Shown here: positions 1 to 7,597 of the stretch, in pieces | Numbering within the stretch: position 1 is the stretch's first letter | How the letters are laid out: the number at the start of each line of letters is the position of its first letter | IMG/VR virus record: IMGVR_UViG_3300024259_001058 | Coordinates: 1-52,408 of that record | Strand: one strand, 5' to 3' | From: a virus | Lineage: Duplodnaviria; Caudoviricetes | DNA length: 52,408 nt | Notes under the pieces: generated by a model | Seen by the model: the letters and a program-made list of their open reading frames with translations, nothing else | The model's database searches: none | What the model was told of the DNA's origin: nothing | Translations under genes and position numbers: made by a program

Positions 1-80
1 CGAAAGGGGGCCCCGGGGGGGCGGGGGGGGCCCCCCCCCCGGGGGGGGGGGGCCCCCCCCCCCGGGGGGGGGGGGGGCGG
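1..80. repeat. Poly-G/poly-C low-complexity tract at the contig end
   Basis: Alternating runs of up to ~10-14 G or C; may be partly a sequencing or assembly artefact. Confidence 0.6.
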
Positions 81-155
81 CGCGTCGTGGCGGGCAGTCG
101 CACCCCCGTCCACCCCCACGCGATATCCCCCCGCGCTATATTTAGGTACCCCTGA

Positions 156-212
156 GCGTGACGGTGACGGTACGCGGGCGTGACGGTGACGGCCATTAAT
201 GACGGGTGACGG
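156..212 (+). repeat. Phased direct repeats of GCGTGACGGTGACGG, putative protein-binding array
   Basis: Exact 15-mer at 156-170 and 178-192 (22 bp apart) and a variant AATGACGGGTGACGG at 198-212. Confidence 0.75.
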
Positions 213-458
213 CGTGCCCTTCGCGCGTGCGCTTTCGGTGCGTTCCCTCCGATACCCTATCAATCCTGACGGTGGGAAAGACTTTCCCTTTAGCGGGGGA
301 ATTGTTTTCCGTTGGGGGTATTCCTTTCCTGCTACCGCAGTACTTCGTTCCAGTCCGTGTGCGTAGGAATGCAGTGTTAGTGCGGGTTGTTTCGTTTGGC
401 ACGGGGTATGCAATGGGTCGCGTTGCGTCGAGGTGACGGGCATAGGAAAGGCAGTGCA

Positions 459-809
459 ATGATGGACAGGAGCGAAGCAGCGGACGCACCAGAGCGGGTA
501 GAGGTGTACAGCGTGATAGCGGACCCGGTATTGGAGTCCGGTCGGTTGCTCAGTAGTGAGCGGTACAACTGCGAATTGGAGGGGCAAGAGATTATCGGCT
601 ATCAGCACGCGTTGTGCGTAGAGGACGTATGGCCGTGGGATGCTGGGCGGCCTTGGCACCACTCGGAAGCGGAAGCGCGTTCGATTATGGAGTGCGCGCA
701 GGCGGAAGCGGAGCACGACGGTGCGATAGTGTTCAGGTTAGGTGACGGTACGTTTCGGGCGATAGACGCGGACATTGTGCGGGGCTATCACGAGCGGAAG
801 GCGGGCTAA
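459..809 (+). CDS. Hypothetical early protein
   Basis: ORF 387-809; start moved to ATG 459 behind AGGAAAGG; stop overlaps the next start (TAATG). Confidence 0.75.
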   Translation: MMDRSEAADAPERVEVYSVIADPVLESGRLLSSERYNCELEGQEIIGYQHALCVEDVWPWDAGRPWHHSEAEARSIMECAQAEAEHDGAIVFRLGDGTFRAIDADIVRGYHERKAG

Positions 810-1447
810 TGTCGGAAGCGATGGACAGGTACGCGGCGGAACGTGCGGCAAAGACGGCGGAATGGAATACGTGGGCGGCGGGTGTGAGTGAGGCGCTGTC
901 AGAGGTGGACGGTAGGCCGTGGGCGTTGGGTGAAGAGACGTGGGACTATGCGCGGTATTGCGCGATGGCCCCGGTGGACGGGTCATTGCCGGGGTTGTTC
1001 CTGCGTGAGGATTACAGGGGCCGGGTGGAGGTCCACGGGCGTAGCGCGGTAGCGCAAGACGTAGCGCAATGGGTGGACGTGAAGGCCCCGAACGTAACGG
1101 TAGGGTTCGGCCGTGATGCGATGGCGGTGGCAAAGGACTTAGCGCGTCGGATGTTGCCGGGGTATCGTGAAGCGATAGCGGCGCAACGTGCGAAGGCGGG
1201 GCAAATGGACGGGGAACGTGCGAAGCGTGAAGCGGTAGCGGCTCGGTTTGTAGAGGCGGGGGCGAAACTCGACACGTATCCGGGTGAGGGACACGTGCTG
1301 ACCTTGCGTGCGTCCAAGAAGCGGATTGACGACGGGTATAACGCCTATTGCACGGTGGAGGTAACGAACGGCGGGGCCACGGTGAAGGTAAGCGGCGATC
1401 ATGAGACGGGCCTGAAGGTATTGGCGGCGTTTCTGGAGGGCGTGTGA
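809..1447 (+). CDS. Hypothetical early protein (212 aa)
   Basis: Long ORF with overlapping start/stop at both ends. Confidence 0.8.
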   Translation: MSEAMDRYAAERAAKTAEWNTWAAGVSEALSEVDGRPWALGEETWDYARYCAMAPVDGSLPGLFLREDYRGRVEVHGRSAVAQDVAQWVDVKAPNVTVGFGRDAMAVAKDLARRMLPGYREAIAAQRAKAGQMDGERAKREAVAARFVEAGAKLDTYPGEGHVLTLRASKKRIDDGYNAYCTVEVTNGGATVKVSGDHETGLKVLAAFLEGV

Positions 1448-2238
1448 TGGCGGTTGCAGTGCGTGAGGTAACGGGTGAAGGCGTGACGGCTGAGGTAGTG
1501 GCCGGGTCTGTGAGCCTGCGGTATGACTCGGTTAGGTTCGTGTCGGAGAACTTTAACGAGCATAAGGAGTTGAGCCGGGACTATGACCGATGGCTAGCGG
1601 AGTATGCCTCGGTCATGTCCAAGGTGGGGGACATAAGCCCCGTGCCTTGCTTCCTGACGGCGCGCGGGTATTCCGAGGCGGCTAATCAACGGGTGGGCGC
1701 GGACGGGTCGGACAGTTCGTTGACGGTGGACTACGTGTATACGGTGTGGCGACACGTCGACGTAGGCGATGGTGGCTGGCTCAACCTCGACACGTCGGAC
1801 CCGGACGAGGGCGTAGTTACGCTGTCGCGGATTGACGGTGTAACGCCGGACAGGTTTTGGGGGGATAACGGCACGAACTACGCGGTCCCGATGGCGTTTG
1901 CGGTAGTGCCGCGTGCGGTGGCCCTAGTGCCGTCGCTTGTGATGGAGGGCCAGGAGCAATTCGTTGACGTGGACTGGCAGGACGTTGAGCACGATATGCT
2001 GTGCGCGATTGAGGAAAGGTGGGACGGCTCGTATGACGGTGAGGGCCTGTGGCACTTCGATCAGGACGTAGCCACGGTGCACGAGGATACGCTGTGCGTT
2101 GGTGAGGGCGGGTATCCAGAGGTGGAGGTGACGCTAGGGGAACTCGACCGGCTGTCACCTATGAGCCTGTGCCGTGAGCCGATGGAATACAGCGGGAAGC
2201 GTGTACGGGTGGAGTTCCGCCCGCCGCTGAATGACTGA
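1444..2238 (+). CDS. Hypothetical acidic early protein (264 aa)
   Basis: GTGA overlap with the upstream gene; D/E-rich, few lysines. Confidence 0.8.
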   Translation: MMAVAVREVTGEGVTAEVVAGSVSLRYDSVRFVSENFNEHKELSRDYDRWLAEYASVMSKVGDISPVPCFLTARGYSEAANQRVGADGSDSSLTVDYVYTVWRHVDVGDGGWLNLDTSDPDEGVVTLSRIDGVTPDRFWGDNGTNYAVPMAFAVVPRAVALVPSLVMEGQEQFVDVDWQDVEHDMLCAIEERWDGSYDGEGLWHFDQDVATVHEDTLCVGEGGYPEVEVTLGELDRLSPMSLCREPMEYSGKRVRVEFRPPLND

Positions 2239-2521
2239 TGGAGGGGTGACGGTGGAAACGCTCAACGGCGCGCAGGTGTGGGGCGGGTCGCGCAGGTCGC
2301 CCGGTGAGGTGGATTGCCGGGCGACTTGGGAACAGGCAATGACGGACGATTGCGCGGACTCGTTAGAGGCGGACGGGTGGGACCGTCACCTTGAGGAGGT
2401 GGAGTATCCCCCGGACCCGGGGATGGACCCGTTCTACGGTGAGACAGTGCCGGACGGTGAGTCGATGTACGAAGAGGACAGGGCGCGGATGTGGGACGTT
2501 TACTATGGGCGTGACAGGTAG
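2231..2521 (+). CDS. Small highly acidic protein
   Basis: About 24 of 96 residues D/E, no Lys; in operon. Confidence 0.7.
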   Translation: MTDGGVTVETLNGAQVWGGSRRSPGEVDCRATWEQAMTDDCADSLEADGWDRHLEEVEYPPDPGMDPFYGETVPDGESMYEEDRARMWDVYYGRDR

Positions 2522-2527
2522 GAGGGC

Positions 2528-2947
2528 ATGACGGTGCCGTTTGAAAGGTACGAGGCCACGACAAGGCAGCAGGCCACGACTCCGCAAGTGACGGTGTACC
2601 GTGGCACGGTGGCAAGGGTAAACGCGGCGGGGTGTCGCCGGTGGGGCGACGTGAAGCGGATGCGCCGGGTGATTCTGTTCTACTGCGAGGACTCACAGGA
2701 AATAGGGTTCATGCCGTCCGAGAACGGTGACGGGTTGCTCGTGTCCGACAGTTGCCAGTTCTCGATAGCGGGGCTGTTGAAGGAATACGGAGTGACGGCC
2801 CCAGCCCACCGGACGACTACGGAGTTGCGGCGTAACGGTGACGGGATGCTCGTGTTCTCGGTGGCACGTGAAGGGGATGACGATGCGGTATCGGGTCGAG
2901 ATGAAGAGGCAGCTGGAAGTCCGGTTCATATTCCTGACGGACGCTAG
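2528..2947 (+). CDS. Hypothetical early protein
   Basis: GGAGG RBS directly upstream of ATG 2528. Confidence 0.75.
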   Translation: MTVPFERYEATTRQQATTPQVTVYRGTVARVNAAGCRRWGDVKRMRRVILFYCEDSQEIGFMPSENGDGLLVSDSCQFSIAGLLKEYGVTAPAHRTTTELRRNGDGMLVFSVAREGDDDAVSGRDEEAAGSPVHIPDGR

Positions 2948-3173
2948 CAGCAAAGGGGAAGCGGAGGGGCTAGCACGGACAAGCATGACCGGCCTCGACG
3001 CCGAAACAGTGGGCAAGCTACCAGAGTGCGTGGCCTGGTGGCCGGTGCCAGGGGTAGCGGACTATCTCGTGCGCGTAGAAAGGGATGGCGATGGGCAAGG
3101 CTCAGGCGACACGGACGATGCGGCTAATGGGCAAGAACCTGGCAAAGGAACGCCCGGCGATAGCGTTCAATGA
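2877..3173 (+). CDS. Hypothetical early protein
   Basis: ORF 2838-3173, probable ATG 2877 after GAAGGGG; overlaps both neighbours. Confidence 0.55.
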   Translation: MTMRYRVEMKRQLEVRFIFLTDASSKGEAEGLARTSMTGLDAETVGKLPECVAWWPVPGVADYLVRVERDGDGQGSGDTDDAANGQEPGKGTPGDSVQ

Positions 3174-3333
3174 CGCCCGGAAGATGGCGCTCACTCAGGC
3201 GCGGGCGTATGCGGTGAAGGAACACCTCGACGGTAACAGGGTCGATGTGCCGTCACTCGCGGCCGACTTCCTGAACGGGTTGGAGGACGAGCGCAGGGCG
3301 ATGATAGGTGACGGTGATGAATCAACGTCCTGA
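3085..3333 (+). CDS. Hypothetical early protein
   Basis: 82-aa ORF in operon, AAGGG upstream. Confidence 0.6.
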   Translation: MAMGKAQATRTMRLMGKNLAKERPAIAFNDARKMALTQARAYAVKEHLDGNRVDVPSLAADFLNGLEDERRAMIGDGDESTS

Positions 3334-3532
3334 GACTGACTTCGATATGTGGGTGGCCGAGACGCTAGGCAACCTGCAAGCCTCCGTGGAGGAACTGACA
3401 AAGTGCCTGGTGCGGGACCAAGAACTGTTCCGCATCGTGGGGCAACGAATAGTCGCGCTCGAAGCGCGGATGACGGCGCTCGAAGAGAGACGCGGGAACA
3501 TAACGGTCGTGACGGTCGAGGAGGAAGCGTAG
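3308..3532 (+). CDS. Small coiled-coil protein
   Basis: Heptad pattern RIVALEARMTALEE; start 3308 or 3317. Confidence 0.65.
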   Translation: MTVMNQRPETDFDMWVAETLGNLQASVEELTKCLVRDQELFRIVGQRIVALEARMTALEERRGNITVVTVEEEA

Positions 3533-3545
3533 TTGGTCGAAGAGG

Positions 3546-3574
3546 GCGGGGGGCAGTAAGAGGGTGCCCCCCGC
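3546..3574 (+). other. Intergenic hairpin
   Basis: GCGGGGGGCA (3546-3555) pairs with TGCCCCCCGC (3565-3574); no U tract. Confidence 0.55.
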
Positions 3575-3609
3575 TGCAAAGGAAGGGGTCTGCTGATGAG
3601 GAGTATACC

Positions 3610-3939
3610 ATGACGGCGGTAGGTAAGGTGACGGTGCAACTGGAAGCGGCGGTGCTGGAAGACTTCGCGCGGGTGAAGTGGACGGACGTGCTGGAAGGGT
3701 TCAACTGGGAAGGGGATGACCCGCACATAACCGAGGTGATCGGGCTGGCCTCCGAGGTGTGCCGCGCCGTGTGGAATCAGCTGAACACCCCCTGCATAGA
3801 GCAACGGGCCGGGGAAATAGCCAAGGCGTTGACGGAAGGCAGCGCCACGGCATCACACGACGCCTGCGTAGTGGTGAAGCGCGAAGCGATGGAGATGACG
3901 ATGCGGTTTCTGAAAGACGTGAGCGAAGGGACGAAGTAG
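3610..3939 (+). CDS. Hypothetical early protein
   Basis: GAGGAG RBS before ATG 3610, within ORF 3349-3939. Confidence 0.75.
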   Translation: MTAVGKVTVQLEAAVLEDFARVKWTDVLEGFNWEGDDPHITEVIGLASEVCRAVWNQLNTPCIEQRAGEIAKALTEGSATASHDACVVVKREAMEMTMRFLKDVSEGTK

Positions 3940-3981
3940 CCCGAAGGGCTGTGTTAGGTAGTCGCGTGAGTCTCACATAAC

Positions 3982-4017
3982 GAAAGCCCCGCTGGGTATC
4001 GCCTAGCGGGGCTTTCT
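3982..4017. terminator. Intrinsic terminator between convergent operons, probably bidirectional
   Basis: GAAAGCCCCGCT (3982-3993) pairs with AGCGGGGCTTTC (4005-4016); T-rich tails on both strands; lies where the + and - blocks meet. Confidence 0.85.
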
Positions 4018-4072
4018 TACAGGAATGTATCGCGTGTTCCAACGGGATTACGGTAGCACAGGGCGTGCCAGC

Positions 4073-4366
4073 CTACACCTCGTCGGCGTCCTCTCGTGGG
4101 GGGTCGCCCTTCGGCACGGTTGCTTGGGTGACGGTATCCTGCTGCGCCTGCGCCATGAGGTCGGGGAATGACGCCCACCCCGACTGTGCTTGCGCCACCA
4201 GCAGGGACGCGCACCACGCTTGGAGGCGTAGGTTCTGTACCTGCCAGTTCGTGTTCGCCTGCGTGAGCGCGGCTACCTGCGCTTCGAGTTCCTTGTATGA
4301 CGGCCCCGCCGGGGGCTTGGCTTGCTTGCTGCGTTGCTTGCCTGCGGTCGGCTTGGTGTCAGCCAT
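4073..4366 (-). CDS. Hypothetical coiled-coil protein
   Basis: 97-aa ORF coupled to the upstream gene; last gene of the - operon. Confidence 0.7.
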   Translation of the reverse strand: MADTKPTAGKQRSKQAKPPAGPSYKELEAQVAALTQANTNWQVQNLRLQAWCASLLVAQAQSGWASFPDLMAQAQQDTVTQATVPKGDPPREDADEV

Positions 4367-4631
4367 GTGGCTTCCATCCTTCCACTGCGTCGTAGGCGTC
4401 CCGCAGGTTGAATACGTAGGTCTTGTGCGCTTCCAACGTCACCGCCTCGGCGAACTCCCAGCGATTAGTGCCGTCCACGGGGAACAGCTGGGAGACGTTC
4501 CCTGTCTCATCCCGCATGAACATCTCCATGTGCGGCTTGCGGGCCGGTACAGAGAAGGGCTTTGCAGCCAGCACAGCGGCAGGGGCTACGACCAGCGCCG
4601 CCAGGCCCCCAAGGAACCTACGCCTGTTCAT
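4359..4631 (-). CDS. Small protein with twin-arginine (Tat)-like signal peptide
   Basis: MNRRRFLGGLAALVVAPAAVLAA matches RRxFL plus hydrophobic h-region plus possible cleavage site. Confidence 0.7.
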   Translation of the reverse strand: MNRRRFLGGLAALVVAPAAVLAAKPFSVPARKPHMEMFMRDETGNVSQLFPVDGTNRWEFAEAVTLEAHKTYVFNLRDAYDAVEGWKPHG

Positions 4632-5103
4632 CTTCGTCCTCGACGTGCGGGCGGTGCAGGATGACGGACAGGTTGGTCACGTCCACGTCCATGCCTGCGA
4701 TCACGTAGCCTTCCGCTCCGAAGTCGGTCAGCACACCGGCAAGCGTGCCACGGTCGATGCGTCCCCAGTGGTACTCGTAGTCCATTGGGAAGTCGTTCGC
4801 CCCGGACACGTCACGCGCCATGATGACGAACAGAAGGCCGTCGACCAGGCGGGTGCCGTTGGGCCGATAGCCCAGCAGGTGCGGCGCTCGGAGCGAACGC
4901 AACACGAGTTCCCGCTTGTTGGCGCTGAGTTCGAGCAGCTGATACTCGTGGTAACGCATCTCCGGTGGGCCTACGGTGTTGAGCATATGGGGGAGCGTTA
5001 GCCCCTCAGCGTCAGCTCGTATGAACAGTTCGGCCGCTTTGCCCACGTCCGCCGATGTGTACTCGACCCCGGTTCCCTCTTCTACGCTCACGTCAGTCTC
5101 CAT
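4618..5103 (-). CDS. Hypothetical protein
   Basis: 161-aa ORF with coupled overlaps. Confidence 0.7.
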   Translation of the reverse strand: METDVSVEEGTGVEYTSADVGKAAELFIRADAEGLTLPHMLNTVGPPEMRYHEYQLLELSANKRELVLRSLRAPHLLGYRPNGTRLVDGLLFVIMARDVSGANDFPMDYEYHWGRIDRGTLAGVLTDFGAEGYVIAGMDVDVTNLSVILHRPHVEDEDEQA

Positions 5104-5347
5104 CGGTCACTCTCTCCCATCTTAGTCCGTGCCTAAGGCCCCACCACCAACGCTTGTGCCACGGCACGTCGAAGGCTACCTCGCACTTGAAGAACCCATA
5201 CTTCCCCGGAATGGCCTCGCCCCAGAAGACGGTCCAAACCGGGCGGTCTACCGACATGACAACGCACCACATCTGACTCGCCGAACTCCTGTCGACCCCA
5301 AGGATGTAATCGGCCAGCGGGTTCGGGGCCACATACTCTTCTGTCAT
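5093..5347 (-). CDS. Hypothetical Trp-rich protein
   Basis: 84-aa ORF, ATGA overlap with ruvC stop. Confidence 0.6.
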   Translation of the reverse strand: MTEEYVAPNPLADYILGVDRSSASQMWCVVMSVDRPVWTVFWGEAIPGKYGFFKCEVAFDVPWHKRWWWGLRHGLRWERVTDGD

Positions 5348-5820
5348 CGTCGTGTACTTCCCGCTATGGCGATTCCTAGCCCCTCCGCTGCGTCGTGTGG
5401 GGTAGGAACCTCATCCAGCCCCAGCAACGTCCTGACGGCGATGCCAGCGGCTTCCTTCGTCCCGTTACCGCCAATGCCGAGTGACTTGCGCCACTGTGTG
5501 GGCGTCATTATCTCCACGGTCGTAACGTAGCGCCCGGTTGCGGACAGTATAGCGCCCTGCGCCCGGGCTAGCGCAATGGCGGACATCCCTCCTTTGGCCA
5601 TTGCGAAGTGCGTCTCCTCGAATGCGATGGCATCGCCCACGCTCAGCCTGCCCATGATCGTCTCGATCTCGATGCGTATGAAGTAGAGCCGTTCTTGGAT
5701 GGGCGTGCTGGGCTTGGTCTTGATAACCCCGTGGTCGATATGACGCAGCCGGGGGCCATCTACTTCGATGAGCCCCCAGCCGGTTGCTGCTAACGATGGG
5801 TCGATGCCTAGCCAACGCAT
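5344..5820 (-). CDS. ruvC: RuvC-family Holliday junction resolvase
   Basis: LGIDPSLAATGWGLI N-terminal motif, catalytic E in AFEE, PTQWRKSLG, C-terminal HDAAEGLGIA. Confidence 0.92.
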   Translation of the reverse strand: MRWLGIDPSLAATGWGLIEVDGPRLRHIDHGVIKTKPSTPIQERLYFIRIEIETIMGRLSVGDAIAFEETHFAMAKGGMSAIALARAQGAILSATGRYVTTVEIMTPTQWRKSLGIGGNGTKEAAGIAVRTLLGLDEVPTPHDAAEGLGIAIAGSTRR

Positions 5821-6812
5821 CAGAACGGTATGTCCTCCTGCGGGAACTCACTCTCGTCAGCGGGTGGTGGGGGCGTCGGTTCCGGGGCTACCCCGTGGAA
5901 CTCCTTGACCCGGCTGGCGAAGCCCTTCACCTCAGCGTCGATGGGGAAGTCGTCGCCGTCCAGCATCCCCTTCAACCCGTCGATAAGCTGCGACCAGTGC
6001 TTACGCTTCAAATCAGTGCGGCTATCGACCTTCGCCTTGCCGCAGAAGTAGCCCCACACCTCGTCCTCAGTGATGCCGACAGCTGCGAACTCGCTGTCGA
6101 GCTTCCGCATCAACACGAACGCGTAATTCATCTGCTTCTCGGTCGACTCGCCGTTGTCAGCGCCCCCGCGCGAGGGGGGTTGGGGCCTTTCCTCTGGCTG
6201 CGGCCTGCTGCTCTGCTGCCTTGGTGCGGAGGGCGTAGTAGCGGGGGCTTTCGTAGGGGCGCTGCCGCCTCGGTCGGGGACAAGTTCCATCTCCTCGGCC
6301 GGTGTCACTTGCAGGCCGCCCAACGCTGCTACCCATGCGAACATCCCCCGTAGTGCCTTCGCCTGCGCCCTCGTCTGCGCCTTGCTCTGTACCGCGTTCG
6401 CCAGATCACCCGCAGGCCACTTGTCCCACGAGCTTTCATCGTTCATGCAGACAGCCCGCGCACGCCCCTTCTGAATACCGTTCACGTCGACAACGATGGC
6501 CCAGCAGGCGTACCCAACCACAGCCCCGCCCTCGACAAGCTCCTCGACACTCTCCACCGCAGCAGTGCAGGTGAAGAACGCACCGATCATCTGCCACGCC
6601 TCGAACTTCGGATACGGGTTCCCGCGTATGGTCGACAGGAACTTAGGCCCGTGAGCGTCGATCATAGACATCAACGCCTTGCTAGCACGCGTGGCGTTGG
6701 CGACAATCAACTCCGGGTCCGCCATGATCTGTGCCGGTTGCATGTGACCCTCCGGCACTGGCACGGGCATCTCTACCACATCCCTCGCCTCGACTTCCAC
6801 TTCCGGGGCCAT
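5820..6812 (-). CDS. Putative single-strand annealing/recombination protein
   Basis: SKAQTRAQAKALR...TPAEEM motif resembling phage recombinases, Pro-rich linker, SSB-like C-terminal EDIPF, adjacent to ruvC. Confidence 0.6.
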   Translation of the reverse strand: MAPEVEVEARDVVEMPVPVPEGHMQPAQIMADPELIVANATRASKALMSMIDAHGPKFLSTIRGNPYPKFEAWQMIGAFFTCTAAVESVEELVEGGAVVGYACWAIVVDVNGIQKGRARAVCMNDESSWDKWPAGDLANAVQSKAQTRAQAKALRGMFAWVAALGGLQVTPAEEMELVPDRGGSAPTKAPATTPSAPRQQSSRPQPEERPQPPSRGGADNGESTEKQMNYAFVLMRKLDSEFAAVGITEDEVWGYFCGKAKVDSRTDLKRKHWSQLIDGLKGMLDGDDFPIDAEVKGFASRVKEFHGVAPEPTPPPPADESEFPQEDIPF

Positions 6813-6909
6813 ACGTATCCCTTCCTACATTCCTGCGGGCGTCTCGAACCGAGGCGCATGAGGCTCATTGGGGGAGCCGGTTAAGCAGGTACATGCGCCC
6901 CGCCGAGAC

Positions 6910-6937
6910 ATTCTACCTGACGCAGTTATTATGCCAA
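6910..6937 (-). promoter_or_regulatory. Possible sigma70-type promoter for the recombination genes
   Basis: TTGGCA-N16-TAGAAT on the - strand. Confidence 0.45.
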
Positions 6938-7597
6938 CTGTTCCGCCACCCGGCGGTATTCCTTCTGCAATTCCTGCCGCGCGCGGAATAGGTATACCTT
7001 TGCGGTGTTGTGGGGCATCCCCGTGCGCTTGGAGGTTTCGCTTGGGCCTTCCCCTCGGTCGAAGCGTGCGGAGAATGCTTCCCGATGCTTGGGGCGCATC
7101 CGTGCGGCGGCGGCCTGCATGATCTCTTCGTGGTCCTCGGCGATCAGCGCATCGAGAACGGTGTGGCTGTCGTATATGCCCCCGGCCATGTGGTTGTAGT
7201 CGGCCCGGTACTCTTCGGCGCGTAGCTCCTCGGCGCTTCCTCTGCCGTGTGCTTGTCGCCATCGGTATCGGTCGATGATGCAGTTGGTCACGATGCGCCC
7301 CGTCCACCCCAGGTACGACCCTTTGCAGGGGTCCCAGAGGTGCCGCTTGCACCATATCTTCATGTACACGTCGTTCACAGCTTCCTGGGCGTCTTGGTAG
7401 TGGCCGAGCTTCTTCATGCAGTGGCCCAGCGTGTACGGTCCTTGCCAGGCGTAGAACTCATCGAAGGCGTCCTCGTCACCGCTCTTTATACGGCGTCCAA
7501 GGCTATCCGCTCGTTCGCCTGGTTCCACATCTCGATAGCTGTCGCTCGGTCGTTGCCCTTCAGCACTTCGTCCCATATCCCCACGCGTCCTTTCCAT
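6929..7597 (-). CDS. ECF (group 4) sigma-70 family RNA polymerase sigma factor
   Basis: Region 2: GDEDAFDEFY...DAQEAVNDVYMKIW...WTGRIVTNCIIDRYR; region 4: HREAF...G..PSETSKRTGMPHNTAKVYLFRARQEL. Start uncertain (7597, 7576 or later). Confidence 0.9.
   Translation of the reverse strand: MERTRGDMGRSAEGQRPSDSYRDVEPGERADSLGRRIKSGDEDAFDEFYAWQGPYTLGHCMKKLGHYQDAQEAVNDVYMKIWCKRHLWDPCKGSYLGWTGRIVTNCIIDRYRWRQAHGRGSAEELRAEEYRADYNHMAGGIYDSHTVLDALIAEDHEEIMQAAAARMRPKHREAFSARFDRGEGPSETSKRTGMPHNTAKVYLFRARQELQKEYRRVAEQLA

Noticed and set aside
1-80. Self-complementary poly-C/poly-G tract as a hairpin telomere or G-quadruplex
   Set aside because: Pure homopolymer runs at a contig edge are a common sequencing or assembly artefact; cannot be trusted without reads.
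156-212. CRISPR or mini-CRISPR array
   Set aside because: Repeats are 15 bp with 5-7 bp gaps, far too short for spacers; no cas genes.
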